This document shows, one piece after another, positions 9,024-19,077 of a stretch of 64,000 nucleotides of DNA (position 1 is its first letter; each line of letters opens with the position of its first letter). The DNA comes from Dehalococcoidia bacterium (GTDB taxonomy: Bacteria > Chloroflexota > Dehalococcoidia > Lucifugimonadales > Australimonadaceae). The notes beneath the pieces are model-generated. The model was not told the DNA's origin and did not search any database. It saw nothing but the letters and a program-made list of their open reading frames with translations. The stretch lies in contig CAUZHS010000001.1 of the NCBI GenBank assembly GCA_963579845.1, positions 4,768-68,767 of the forward strand. Direction: 5' to 3'. Both the position numbers and the translations under genes were made by a program.

Positions 9024-9579
9024 CAAGGGCCGCGCAGGCATCCTCGGCATCGGCGCCGAGCCTGCAAAGGTCCGCGTTCGGCCCATTCACCAGGATTCCG
9101 GAAACGCTGGCGCCGCGCTCACGGCAGTCGCCCGTGTGCTCCGCGGTATGGGAGTTGATGCCCTGCCCACCATTCGCAGTTCCGGCTCTGGCCCCGACGA
9201 TCCAGCAGTCATCGACGTGCAGGGTGCGGACGCAGCACTCCTCATCGGCCGCAGGGGCGAGACCCTGCGAGCCATGCAGTTCGTCGTAAACCTGGTGGTG
9301 TCCAGCCAGTCCGATGAACCCTCCCACGTGGTGGTTGACGTTGAAGGCTACCGAGCGCGACGTCAGCAGGTTTTAGAAGCGCTGGCCCAACGGACAGCCA
9401 GCCGCGTGGAAAGCTCCAACAGCCCCATCACCCTTGAACCCATGTCCGCAGCCGACCGGCGCATTATCCACATGACCCTCTCGACCGACAATGGCGTCAG
9501 TACCGAGAGCTCCGGAGAAGGCCCTGAACGGAAGGTGACCATCCGGCCGGCGAATGGGACCGCTGCCGAGGGCAAGTAA
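8908..9579 (+). CDS. khpB: Jag/KhpB RNA-binding protein (Jag_N, KH, R3H)
   Basis: ATG 8908 follows GAAGGAG. GKTVEEAIEIALLEL (Jag_N), and an R3H-type block EPMSAADRRIIHMTL near the C-terminus. Confidence 0.85.
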   Translation: MANLNESLEMTGKTVEEAIEIALLELDVERAGVEVDVISKGRAGILGIGAEPAKVRVRPIHQDSGNAGAALTAVARVLRGMGVDALPTIRSSGSGPDDPAVIDVQGADAALLIGRRGETLRAMQFVVNLVVSSQSDEPSHVVVDVEGYRARRQQVLEALAQRTASRVESSNSPITLEPMSAADRRIIHMTLSTDNGVSTESSGEGPERKVTIRPANGTAAEGK

Positions 9580-9597
9580 CGAGAGACCGGAGCGCTG

Positions 9598-10527
9598 ATG
9601 CGAGACAACGCGCTATTTACACGAGAAGGCTTCACCCTCGCGGCGCCATTTCTCCTGCTCTTGGGCGCGGCCTTCGTCTCATGGCCTTGGCGCGCTCTCA
9701 ATCTGCCCGGAGTGATTGGCGACCTCGCGCCTCCCTCGATAATCATGCTCATGGCTGTGGTAGTCGCGGGAGCATTCTCCATGTCCCGCAGGCTCCCTAT
9801 GGGCTTGATCACCTGGCCACCAGCGGGCCTGGGAGCGCTGTTCTTCTTGGTGGGTGGTTTCGCCACGGGAGACTTAGGATCTGAAGGAGAGCTCCTGGTC
9901 ATCTTGGCCTATATTGCGGTGCTGGGTTTCGCCATTGTAATCAGCATCGCCCTCTCCGCCCATGGAATGTCCTATTCAGTCATTCTCTTGATCCTCTTTC
10001 TGATGGCCGTCTTCATCGTCCGTTTCCCTATATTCGAGACGGAAGCTCCTGAACTAGCGGTCCCCGCAACACTGCTCACTGCGCTATCCGCGTTGCGAGC
10101 TGTGGTCGAGATCGCCGTCCTTCTCTGGCTGGTGGAGCGTTTGGTGCTTCGGATAGATACCTCCCCTGCCCACATCGCAGGGGCCATGGCTGCGCTTCTT
10201 CTGGCCCATGGACCGCTAGCAGCATGGCAGGAACCACTGCGGGCCGGAGAGTCCCTCACCCTGGGCAACTACTTTCCAGAAGCTCTTCAGTGGGTGCAGC
10301 TCGCGATGATGCACCTCGGGGTTGTGATGATCATCGTCCGGTTGCGGCTGGGCTTCAACCGGATCGCCGCCGTGGAGGAGGCCAGACCCACAGCCTTGGA
10401 GCCGGACCCAAGGGAAGGGGCCGGTCCAGAGGCAGAGGCCATGTCAATCGATGAGCCATCAGCCCGGGAGACGACCTACTCCAAATCCGGGCGACCCACA
10501 CCCCGCAACCGGCGCCGTAAACACTAG
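9598..10527 (+). CDS. polytopic membrane protein, unknown function, disordered basic C-tail
   Basis: 309-aa ORF with about 7 hydrophobic segments. No family recognised. Confidence 0.5.
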   Translation: MRDNALFTREGFTLAAPFLLLLGAAFVSWPWRALNLPGVIGDLAPPSIIMLMAVVVAGAFSMSRRLPMGLITWPPAGLGALFFLVGGFATGDLGSEGELLVILAYIAVLGFAIVISIALSAHGMSYSVILLILFLMAVFIVRFPIFETEAPELAVPATLLTALSALRAVVEIAVLLWLVERLVLRIDTSPAHIAGAMAALLLAHGPLAAWQEPLRAGESLTLGNYFPEALQWVQLAMMHLGVVMIIVRLRLGFNRIAAVEEARPTALEPDPREGAGPEAEAMSIDEPSARETTYSKSGRPTPRNRRRKH

Positions 10528-10602
10528 TCTCTATCGGCGATAGCGGCATTCCCACACCGTCTGGTTGACGCTTCCGGCTCGGGCGTGGTAGCTTCAATCA
10601 AA

Positions 10603-10925
10603 CGGCGTTGACGGAAACGAGTAGGCGGGCAGAGGCCCTCAGCGAGCCGGGTATGGTGAAAGCCGGCGGGCAGAATCCGACTGAATATCCCTCCTGAGCC
10701 GTCGACCGAACGTCCCGTTTCGCCTGTGTCCGGTCGTCCTGAACTTGTCGCGGGACGAACGAATACAGCTTGCAAGGGGACAAGTAGACTCGGCCGGGGC
10801 CGCCTTCCGTTATCAAGGGCGCGGACGTGTTGACGTCTTCAACAAGTGTCCCGACAAAATCGGGAAACAAGGGTGGTACCGCGGGTTTATTAGCCCGTCC
10901 CTTTTTAGGAGACGGGTTTTTTGTT
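10603..10925 (+). promoter_or_regulatory. T-box leader (tRNA-sensing riboswitch) of ileS
   Basis: Stem-I elements GAAACGAGTAG and AGCGAGCCGGGTATGGTGAAAGCCGGC (10641-10667). T-box sequence AAACAAGGGTGGTACCGCGGG (10865-10885). Terminator CCCGTC-N11-GACGGG plus T6 (10894-10922), 55 nt before the ileS ATG. ATC within GAATATCCC (about 10683-10691) is a candidate Ile specifier. Confidence 0.8.
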
Positions 10926-10979
10926 GTGGTGGTGAAGTCTTTGAAACCAAGGGAATGAGACCATGCGAAAGGGTGCATT

Positions 10980-13900
10980 ATGGCCGATATAAAGCAGGGG
11001 TTTGAACCCGTCTCGAACAAGGTGAATTTCCCTGATCTCGAAGAGGTGGTACTACAGCGCTGGGGATTGGATGACACCTTCCACCGAGTTGAAGAGGTAC
11101 GTCGAGGCGCACCTCTCTTCGTGTTCTACGAAGGGCCGCCCACGGCCAACGGGAACCCCGGCATCCATCACGTTCTATCTCGTGCGTACAAAGATGTCAT
11201 TCTTCGTTACAAGACCATGCGAGGGTTCCGTCCGTTGCGCCGGGGCGGCTGGGACACCCATGGGCTGCCGGTGGAGCTGGAGGTGGAAAAGGAGCTGGGA
11301 CTGAATTCGAAGGCCGACATCGAGCGGTTTGGCATTGAGGAGTTCAACCGCCGGTGCCGAGAGAGCGTCTTCCGCTACGTCAAGGAGTGGGAGGCCGTTA
11401 CGGAGCGCTCCGGCGTCTGGCTGGACATGAAGGACGCCTACATCACCTACGACAACAGCTACGTTGAAACCGGTTGGTGGGTACTCAAACAGCTCTGGGA
11501 GAGGGGGTTGGTGTACGAGGGCTACAAAGTGACGCCCCACTGTCCACGGTGTGTGACGAGCCTGAGCTCCCACGAGGTGGCCCAAGGATACGAGGAGAAT
11601 ACGCCCGACCCGTCCGTCTACGTTCGCTTTCCCCTCTCGGCTGGCCAAGACTCCACGGACGGCACTTCTAACGAGACCCTGGCCACGCTTGGCTATGACA
11701 GAGACGCTCAACTCTGGACGTCTGAGCGTCCTTCGCTGATGGTCTGGACCACCACCCCCTGGACGCTTACGGCCAACACCGCCGTGGCCATCGCTCCTCA
11801 AGAGACCTACGTGCTAGCGAAATCACCCGACCATGAGAGCCAAGAACGCGTCATCGTGGCGCAGGGGCTCCTACTGCAGGCGCTGGGTGCAGACTGGCAG
11901 GTTCTTGCTACCTTTCCGGGCGAGGACTTGGCCGGACTCGCCTACGAGCCGCCCTATCGGAGCACGCAGCTTCCTGAAGGTTATACCCACCGGACCTATG
12001 CGGCAGATTATGTGACCACCGACGACGGCACTGGATTGGTGCATACGGCGCCAGCCTTCGGCGCTGAAGACCAAGAGCTGGGACGGATGCATGGCCTGCC
12101 CACGGTACATACCGTTAACCGCCACGGCCTCGTGGAAGACGGCTTCCCAGGCGCAGGCAAGTTTGTGAAGGAAGCCGACGCCGACCTCATCGCCGACTTG
12201 GACAAGCGCGGGCTCCTGTTCAGAAGCGAAACTATCCGCCACACCTATCCCTTCTGCTGGCGCTGCGGCACGCCGCTCCTCTACTACGCCAAGACCTCCT
12301 GGTACATCAGGACCACGGCGGAGAAGGACCTGATGGTGATGGGCAACGCCGGTATCAACTGGTACCCGGAACACATCCAAGAGGGGCGCTTCGGCGAATG
12401 GCTCCGCAACAACGTCGACTGGGCCATCTCCCGGGAGCGATACTGGGGAACACCCCTCCCGCTCTGGCGCTGCCAGACCTGCGCGCATGTCCATTGCATC
12501 GGCGGAGTGGACGAGCTGCGAGAGATGTCCACGCCCGAGAGCAGAGCTGGGGTGGATGGTCTGGACCTGCACCGTCCTTACATCGACCGTATTGACGTCA
12601 CCTGCCCTCAGTGCGGAGGGGTGATGCGGCGGGTCCCGGAGGTGGCTGATGCCTGGTATGACTCAGGCGCCATGCCCTTCGCCCAATGGGCCTACCCGGT
12701 CACGCTCTCTGGTTCAGGCAGTGAGCCGCCAGTGACACTGCGCAACGTGCACGACCTCTTGCAGAGCGCCTACTTCCCCGCCGACTACATCACCGAGGGC
12801 ATCGACCAGACCCGTGGGTGGTTCTACAGTCTACTAGCCCTTTCGACACTTATCGCAGGGAAGCCTTCCTACAAGAACGTCATCAGCCTGGGGCTTATTC
12901 TGGACGAGGCGGGCGAAAAAATGTCAAAATCCAAAGGCAACATAGTGGACCCGTGGACGGTGCTGCAGGCCCAGGGTGCGGACGCGCTGCGGTGGTATCT
13001 GTTCACCTCGGCTCCCGCCGGCGGCAACCGCAGATTCTCTGCTAGGCTGGTCCAAGAAACGCTTCGTCGCTTCCTCCTGACACTGTGGAACACCTTCAGT
13101 TTTTTCGTGACCTACGCCAATCTGGACGGTTTTCGACCACAGGAACACGCCGCACACTGGAAGGGTGCGCTGGGAGGCCCATCCCTTGCCTCGGCGCCAG
13201 CCAATGAGCTGGACCGATGGATCATCTCGGAACTCAATGACCTCATTGCTGTGGTGACCACGGAGATGGACGCCTACAACCCCACCGAGGCCGGCAGGCG
13301 TATCGAGGAGTTCGTTGACCTGCTGTCCAACTGGTACGTGCGGCGGAGTCGGCGACGGTTCTGGAAGAGCGAGAATGACGAGGACAAGACGTGGGGCTAT
13401 GTCACCCTCTACTCATGCCTCCTGACCGTGAGCAAGCTGATGGCCCCGCTAGCGCCCTTCGTGGCGGATGAGGTCTATAACACCCTGGCCCCCGATGACC
13501 CCCTGGGCAGCCTCCACCTCACCGATTTCCCCGTGGCCGACCCTTCGCTCATCGACGAGCGGCTGGACAAAGCGGTGCGGCTGGCGATGCGCGTGGCCAG
13601 TCTGGGGCGTGCGGCCCGGAGCAAGGCTGGAATTAAGGTCCGCCAGCCTCTGACCAAAGTGCTAGTTCAGGCCCGTCCCGACGAGCAGCAGCTGTTGCCG
13701 CTTATCGAGGCTCAAGTCTTGGACGAGCTTAATGTAAAGTTCGTTGAAGCTGCGGCAGGGGGATCTCTAGCCAGTTACAGTCTCTTGCCGAACCTCCCGC
13801 TACTCGGCCCCAAGTACGGCAAGCAGATAGGCGCCATCCGCGCGGCGCTCAAGGCGGCGAATGCTTCCACGGTGGCGGAGCAGGTGCGCGACGGCCAGCC

Positions 13901-14309
13901 TGTGACCCTAGACGGCTTCACGTTGGAGCCCGGTGAGGTGCTCATCAACGTGGAGGAAATACCCGGGCTGGCGGTGGCTATCGAGAATGGCGGGGGTCTG
14001 GTGGTGGCGGTTGATGCGACCCTGACACCTGAGCTAGCGGAGGAGGGCATCGCACGGGAGCTGGTCCACCGTGTCCAAAACATGCGCAAGGACGCCGGAT
14101 TGAACATCGAAGACCGCATCGTGACCTACGTTTCAGGAACAGACGAACACATACGACGGGTTATCGAGCATCACCGCGACTATATTGGCCGCGAGACCCT
14201 CAGCGTCTCTCTGGAGTTGGAGGGGCCGGCTCAAGGAGCCTTCATCCAAGAGGAAATACTGGAAGGCGTACAGCTAACGGTGGGCGTCGTGAGAGCCACG
14301 GCCGGTTGA
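10980..14309 (+). CDS. ileS: isoleucine--tRNA ligase (type 2)
   Basis: PPTANGNPGIHHV (HIGH), KMSKSKGN (KMSKS), 1109 aa, with a type-2-like N- and C-terminal layout. Confidence 0.95.
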   Translation: MADIKQGFEPVSNKVNFPDLEEVVLQRWGLDDTFHRVEEVRRGAPLFVFYEGPPTANGNPGIHHVLSRAYKDVILRYKTMRGFRPLRRGGWDTHGLPVELEVEKELGLNSKADIERFGIEEFNRRCRESVFRYVKEWEAVTERSGVWLDMKDAYITYDNSYVETGWWVLKQLWERGLVYEGYKVTPHCPRCVTSLSSHEVAQGYEENTPDPSVYVRFPLSAGQDSTDGTSNETLATLGYDRDAQLWTSERPSLMVWTTTPWTLTANTAVAIAPQETYVLAKSPDHESQERVIVAQGLLLQALGADWQVLATFPGEDLAGLAYEPPYRSTQLPEGYTHRTYAADYVTTDDGTGLVHTAPAFGAEDQELGRMHGLPTVHTVNRHGLVEDGFPGAGKFVKEADADLIADLDKRGLLFRSETIRHTYPFCWRCGTPLLYYAKTSWYIRTTAEKDLMVMGNAGINWYPEHIQEGRFGEWLRNNVDWAISRERYWGTPLPLWRCQTCAHVHCIGGVDELREMSTPESRAGVDGLDLHRPYIDRIDVTCPQCGGVMRRVPEVADAWYDSGAMPFAQWAYPVTLSGSGSEPPVTLRNVHDLLQSAYFPADYITEGIDQTRGWFYSLLALSTLIAGKPSYKNVISLGLILDEAGEKMSKSKGNIVDPWTVLQAQGADALRWYLFTSAPAGGNRRFSARLVQETLRRFLLTLWNTFSFFVTYANLDGFRPQEHAAHWKGALGGPSLASAPANELDRWIISELNDLIAVVTTEMDAYNPTEAGRRIEEFVDLLSNWYVRRSRRRFWKSENDEDKTWGYVTLYSCLLTVSKLMAPLAPFVADEVYNTLAPDDPLGSLHLTDFPVADPSLIDERLDKAVRLAMRVASLGRAARSKAGIKVRQPLTKVLVQARPDEQQLLPLIEAQVLDELNVKFVEAAAGGSLASYSLLPNLPLLGPKYGKQIGAIRAALKAANASTVAEQVRDGQPVTLDGFTLEPGEVLINVEEIPGLAVAIENGGGLVVAVDATLTPELAEEGIARELVHRVQNMRKDAGLNIEDRIVTYVSGTDEHIRRVIEHHRDYIGRETLSVSLELEGPAQGAFIQEEILEGVQLTVGVVRATAG

Positions 14310-14369
14310 CGGACTCGCTCCTCCCCACTACGCTGCTCACGTAGACTCAAATAGGCTGATGGAGCGACC

Positions 14370-14789
14370 ATGGACTTTCACGACCTCGAAGAATTCGTCA
14401 GGACGCAGCGGGAGGTGGTGTTCACCACCTACCGGAAGGACGGGCGTCCTCAGCAGAGCCTGGTGACGGTGGGCAGCATGGAGGGTGGGCTAGCCTTTAC
14501 GACCACGGAGGGGCGCGCCAAAGTGAACAATCTGGGGCGCGACCCGCGCTGCTCCATCATGGTATTGAAACCGGACTATCGCGGATACGCGGTGCTGGAC
14601 GGGGATGCCGACGTTCGCAGCCGGGAGAACACCGAGCCAGCGAATCTCCGAATGGATCTACGGCAGGTGTACCGCTCAATTAAAGGCGAACACCCGAACT
14701 GGGAGGAATACGACCGAGCCATGGAAGAGCAGCGGCGACTCGTCGTGTTGCTTAAGCCGGGCAGACTGTTCGGGCGCAACGTGCCGTAA
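14370..14789 (+). CDS. PPOX-class (pyridoxamine 5'-phosphate oxidase fold) probable F420-dependent enzyme
   Basis: VVFTTYRKDGRPQQSLV....AFTTTEGRAKVNNLGRDPR is typical of the family. Confidence 0.7.
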   Translation: MDFHDLEEFVRTQREVVFTTYRKDGRPQQSLVTVGSMEGGLAFTTTEGRAKVNNLGRDPRCSIMVLKPDYRGYAVLDGDADVRSRENTEPANLRMDLRQVYRSIKGEHPNWEEYDRAMEEQRRLVVLLKPGRLFGRNVP

Positions 14790-14913
14790 GCGGGCGAACG
14801 GAAAATCCCGCACCTTCATTCGACGGGCTCAAGATGAACGCGCACTACCTATAACTTACTAACGCCATAGCGCGTAGAGAAAAGGGTTCCATCGCGCTGT
14901 TAAGTCGACCTGG

Positions 14914-15321
14914 CTACCGCCTGCCTCTGGCGGGGTGATCCATCTCGTAGCCCATCTTCTGGTGAAAGGATTCCACGAAGTCTTCGTTGATCCCCCAGCT
15001 AAAGACCTTGGTGGGGCTAACCTCGATGTATGCCTGACGCCGGGGGTCTTCCACGTCCTGCTGCGTTCGTTGAGTAGCCTCGCCCCGCACCTCGATGCCG
15101 ATGACGGAATCTGTGCTGTCCCAAACCAACGCCACCCACGGGTTACGTCCTATCTGGCGGAATTTCAGTGAACGTTGCATGTTCCAACCGAAGAGGAGCA
15201 CCTTATCGCCTTCCAAGCGAAAGGCCAGGGGGACCACATGGGGCCGCCCCGAGGGGGTAGCAGTCGCCAGCCGGACCAATCTCTGGCCGGTGATGTAGTC
15301 CCGCTCTGCCTGGGTAAACAT
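14914..15321 (-). CDS. PPOX-class probable F420-dependent enzyme
   Basis: RLATATPSGRPHVVPLAF.....RSLKFRQIGRNPWVALVWD. Confidence 0.7.
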   Translation of the reverse strand: MFTQAERDYITGQRLVRLATATPSGRPHVVPLAFRLEGDKVLLFGWNMQRSLKFRQIGRNPWVALVWDSTDSVIGIEVRGEATQRTQQDVEDPRRQAYIEVSPTKVFSWGINEDFVESFHQKMGYEMDHPARGRR

Positions 15322-15345
15322 CCGCCCTCCTTACCTCAACAGTTC

Positions 15346-16380
15346 CTACCGCGGCTGGCGCTCGAGATCTATCGAAAAGACCCTTGTTTCGTCGCCGCGA
15401 ACGACGGCCACATCCACCTCGTCACCAATCTGGTAACCCGAACGAAGGGTTCGTTGAAGAGCGGTGACCGACTCCACGTCCACACCATCCATGGCTACGA
15501 TAACGTCCAGTGCCTCGATGCCGGCTTTGTCCGCCGGCCCTCCAGGGACAGTTGCTAGGATCACGATGCCTTGCTCCACGCTGAGTTCCTCTTCAATCGC
15601 AATCGCCGGGGTGAGATTCCGCACGGCAACGCCCAGCCACGGCCAGATTACCTCTCCGTTCTCGATCAGCTGCGCAGCCACGGGCATGGCGGTGGATGCG
15701 CTCACGGCAAAACCTATGCCCTCAGCCTCCTGCCCGCTGGCGAGCTGTCCCCGGATAATCGCCGTATTGATGCCCACTATCTCCCCGTTCAGATTGAACA
15801 ACGGACCTCCGCTATTACCCGGATTGATGACCGCATCGGTCTGAATAAGGTTATGCAGCCATCCGTTTGCCAAGCGCAAGGAACGGTCCTTCCCGCTGAC
15901 AATACCCACGGTGACGGTGCCAGCAAAACCCTCACCTAAAGGGCTCCCGATGGCGACGACCCACTCACCAACACGGAGTTTATCCGCGTCTCCCAGAGGA
16001 ACGGGTACCAAGTCATAGGGAAACCCATCGAGCTCCAGCTTCAGGACGGCCAGGTCGGTGATCGGGTCGGTGCCCAGCACCTCCACCGCCCACCGTCGGA
16101 ATGGATCCTCAGACAGGACTACCTCAACTAAGGTCCCACCCTCTATCACGTGATTGTTGGTGAGAATGTAGCCTTTGCCATCGAACAGCACTCCCGAGCC
16201 ATTGGATGTTCCTTGGCGCGACCTGCCCAAGTGATCCGTCCGCTCGCTGGTAGTGATAACCGTGACCACACTTGGCGCAACCCGCTCCACCAAGCTGACC
16301 ACGTCGGGAAATCCCGCTGGGGCCGCAGGCACAGAGGAAGAGAAATTACACGCGGCGGCCGTGGCCAAAGACAGGAACAC
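15346..16380 (-). CDS. htrA: HtrA/DegP-family serine protease with C-terminal PDZ domain
   Basis: Catalytic blocks TNNHV, DLAVLK and GNSGGPLFN, with a PDZ-like tail. The annotated GTG start probably truncates the signal peptide (see findings). Confidence 0.85.
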   Translation of the reverse strand: MFLSLATAAACNFSSSVPAAPAGFPDVVSLVERVAPSVVTVITTSERTDHLGRSRQGTSNGSGVLFDGKGYILTNNHVIEGGTLVEVVLSEDPFRRWAVEVLGTDPITDLAVLKLELDGFPYDLVPVPLGDADKLRVGEWVVAIGSPLGEGFAGTVTVGIVSGKDRSLRLANGWLHNLIQTDAVINPGNSGGPLFNLNGEIVGINTAIIRGQLASGQEAEGIGFAVSASTAMPVAAQLIENGEVIWPWLGVAVRNLTPAIAIEEELSVEQGIVILATVPGGPADKAGIEALDVIVAMDGVDVESVTALQRTLRSGYQIGDEVDVAVVRGDETRVFSIDLERQPR

Positions 16381-16610
16381 GGCAGCGCTCAGCAGCCACC
16401 GCCTGGAACGCAGTAGGTCATGGACAATGGCCGGAATCTCCTGAAGGGCGTTAATCGTGATGGTAACCGCCTTGTGTCATCGCTTCGATGGCAAGAAATG
16501 GCCACTGTACTGATTACGGTATACCGTCCAATGGCGTGAAATGTCCGGCATCGTTCCAAGAGATTCGCTGCGCATGGAGGCCAATCGTTTCGGATATGCC
16601 TTTTTCAGCG

Positions 16611-17321
16611 TCATAGAGACTGTACCACCGCCCGCTGGATGGCGACCAACTCATGGATACCATACTCGGCCATCTCCAGCATCTGGTCCATAGCCTGCCG
16701 GGAAAAGGGCCGCTCCTCCCCGGTCCCCTGGACCTCTATTAACTCACTCTTGTCTGACATGACGACGTTGAAGTCCACGTGGGCGCGGAAGTCTTCCTCA
16801 TAGGCCAGGTCCAACAACACCTCTTCATTCACAAGTCCAACGCTGGTGGCGGCAACTGCACTCAGAAGAGGAACGGAATGGAGCACCCGCTGGCGCACCA
16901 GACCGAGCAGCGCCTGGTAGAGCGCCACGTAGGCGCCAGTAATAGCCGCGGTCCGGGTGCCCCCGTCAGCCTGCAGCACGTCGCAATCCACCGTAATCGT
17001 GCGCTCGCCAAACTTCGGGAGGTCGGCAATAGAGCGAAGGGAGCGGCCGATGAGCCGCTGAATCTCGACTCCCCTGCCACTGTTGCGGTCCCGAGACGTG
17101 CGGGTCAGCGTTGCGCGTGGCAGCATGTTGTATTCGGCGGTGACCCAACCCTTGCCTTGGCCCCGGAGGAAAGCGGGCACCCGCTCCTCAACAGACGCAG
17201 AGCAGATGATTCGCGTCTTGCCCGCCTCAACGAGGACTGACCCTTCAGCGAATTCCTGGATACCGGGGGTGATACTGATGGGGCGCAACTGGTTATTGGC
17301 CCGGCCATCTGTCCGTGGCAA
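16611..17321 (-). CDS. rph: ribonuclease PH
   Basis: RTDGRANNQLRPI, EGSVLVEAGKTRIICSA, GWVTAEYNMLPRAT. TTG at 17321 follows AGGAGGAGG. The longer ORF to 17510 is unlikely. Confidence 0.9.
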   Translation of the reverse strand: MPRTDGRANNQLRPISITPGIQEFAEGSVLVEAGKTRIICSASVEERVPAFLRGQGKGWVTAEYNMLPRATLTRTSRDRNSGRGVEIQRLIGRSLRSIADLPKFGERTITVDCDVLQADGGTRTAAITGAYVALYQALLGLVRQRVLHSVPLLSAVAATSVGLVNEEVLLDLAYEEDFRAHVDFNVVMSDKSELIEVQGTGEERPFSRQAMDQMLEMAEYGIHELVAIQRAVVQSL

Positions 17322-17500
17322 TGGTTCCTCCTCCTTACATAGTGGGCTTCTAGTATACACGGCACCACGCCCACAAAAGACGACCGCCGCCGCCGCTTCC
17401 AGGCGAGGATTAGTCTTACGGAGCCCCGCCGTCAGAGACCTACCGCTCGGACTTTTCGATGACATCCTTAAGAATAACGCCTTCCCCGTAGTTGCCAAGG

Positions 17501-17968
17501 TTACAGGCATACTTCAATCACCAAGCCTGATGAGGCAACGGAACCCCTCATGGATGGCACTGCCGATCCGCTCCACCGCCATGATGCGGTCCAAACGCTG
17601 CGGGGGAAGGGTCCGGATTCATCCCTGTAGGCCCCTATCCGCGGGGCTAGGGCCGAACCTGATGCAAGGGAACGCTGAAGCCCCTCCAAACCCGTCGCCG
17701 TATTGATGTTGACCAAAGCCGGGTCTTGGGGGTCGCTTTCGTTAGAGACGATGTCTCCGGAGAGGGGCATTGAGGAGCGATCAGGGACGGTCATCGCAAG
17801 GTCGGGTTCGGGTATTGAAGGCGGCTTTGCGACGAGCCACAGGCCACCTGCTGCGGTTAGCAGCGTCAGGATAACCAGCGCGACCTGGTACGGAACGTTG
17901 CACCATGCGACTCCTTGCCTTTGCCGGCCGCCGATCGCTACGTAGCCGAGCTTATTGTACAGAGGCAT
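17501..17968 (-). CDS. ComEA-like helix-hairpin-helix protein (membrane anchored, motifs degenerate, possibly frameshifted)
   Basis: TM segment followed by VNINTAT..LQ......ALAPRIGAYRDESGPF, which follows the ComEA pattern. The GIG glycines are replaced, and the second HhH reads better in another frame. Confidence 0.45.
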   Translation of the reverse strand: MPLYNKLGYVAIGGRQRQGVAWCNVPYQVALVILTLLTAAGGLWLVAKPPSIPEPDLAMTVPDRSSMPLSGDIVSNESDPQDPALVNINTATGLEGLQRSLASGSALAPRIGAYRDESGPFPRSVWTASWRWSGSAVPSMRGSVASSGLVIEVCL

Positions 17969-18005
17969 CCCTCTAGGAGAAGGGTGCCAACATCTCGTGA
18001 GACGA

Positions 18006-18035
18006 TTGACACTCAGTTGCGGGACATCGGATAAT
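18006..18035 (+). promoter_or_regulatory. sigma70-like promoter for ilvE
   Basis: TTGACA (18006-18011), 18-nt spacer, GATAAT (18030-18035). Confidence 0.45.
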
Positions 18036-18078
18036 CGTCCGAAGCCCCGTAATCATCTGCCTCCAGGAGTATGCACCT

Positions 18079-19014
18079 ATGACGTCAGTGGCCTTCTTGA
18101 ACGGAGAGTATATGCCGCTGTCGGAGGCGAAAGTCGGCATTATGACCCATGCGCTGCATTACGGCACCGCCGCCTTTGAGGGTATTCGGGGCAACTGGAA
18201 CGCCGACGCCGGGAAGATGTATATCTTCAAGCTCCGCGAGCACTACGAGAGAATGCTCCAAGGGTGCAAAATGCTGTGGATTGACCTGCCTTACTCGGCG
18301 GATGAGCTCTGCGCCATCACCGTGGAGGTGGTCGAGCGCAGCGGCTTTCAAGAGGACATTTATATCCGGCCCATGGCCTTCAAGTCCGAAGAGCGTGTTG
18401 CGAACCTCAACCTCCGTTCCTTGCAGGACGGGTTCTTCTGCCTAGCCATTCCCTTCGGCAACTACATCGATTCAGATGGCGCCATCAGCTGCTGCATCTC
18501 GTCTTGGAGACGTATCGACGACACCATGGTGCCGCCGCGTTTCAAGATGAGTGGGCTATACCTCAACAGTATTCTCGCCAAGACCGATGCGCTGGCAGAC
18601 GGCTTCGACGAAGCGATCATGCTCAATCAGGACGGCCACGTCTGTGAGGGTACCGGCGAGAATATATTCCTGGCCCATGGGGACCGGTTGGTGACCCCCT
18701 CTTTGGAGAGTAATGTCCTGCCAGGAATAACCAGGGCAACCATCATCCACCTGGCGACGAAAGAGTTGGGAATCGCCGTGGAGGAGCGCGTGGTGGACCG
18801 CAGTGAGCTTTACACTGCTGATGAAGTTTTCCTCACCGGTACAGCCGCCCATATCCAGGGAGTTGGCCGTGTTGACCAACGCCTGGTAGGCGATGGCAAC
18901 ATGGGGCCATTGACCCTGCAGTTGCAAAAAATCTATTCCTCCCTAGTTCGCGGCAACAACCCGGACTATATCCACTTCTGTACGCCGGCAACGCCCCAAG
19001 TGACCGCTGACTAG
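18079..19014 (+). CDS. ilvE: branched-chain amino acid aminotransferase
   Basis: ALHYGTAAFEGIRGNW, class-IV aminotransferase layout, EGTGENIF. Confidence 0.9.
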   Translation: MTSVAFLNGEYMPLSEAKVGIMTHALHYGTAAFEGIRGNWNADAGKMYIFKLREHYERMLQGCKMLWIDLPYSADELCAITVEVVERSGFQEDIYIRPMAFKSEERVANLNLRSLQDGFFCLAIPFGNYIDSDGAISCCISSWRRIDDTMVPPRFKMSGLYLNSILAKTDALADGFDEAIMLNQDGHVCEGTGENIFLAHGDRLVTPSLESNVLPGITRATIIHLATKELGIAVEERVVDRSELYTADEVFLTGTAAHIQGVGRVDQRLVGDGNMGPLTLQLQKIYSSLVRGNNPDYIHFCTPATPQVTAD

Positions 19015-19077
19015 TGCAAAACTCCATCGGTACTCAGGGAGCCGCCATCCTCCGGAAGGCACTAGCATCGCACCGAA

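Noticed and set aside
9464-9472. A perfect DnaA-box 9-mer TTATCCACA near the rpmH-yidC-jag cluster, which could hint at oriC.
   Set aside because: It is a single copy inside the jag coding frame (encoding RRIIHM of the R3H region). There is no dnaA or dnaN, no AT-rich unwinding element and no box cluster nearby.
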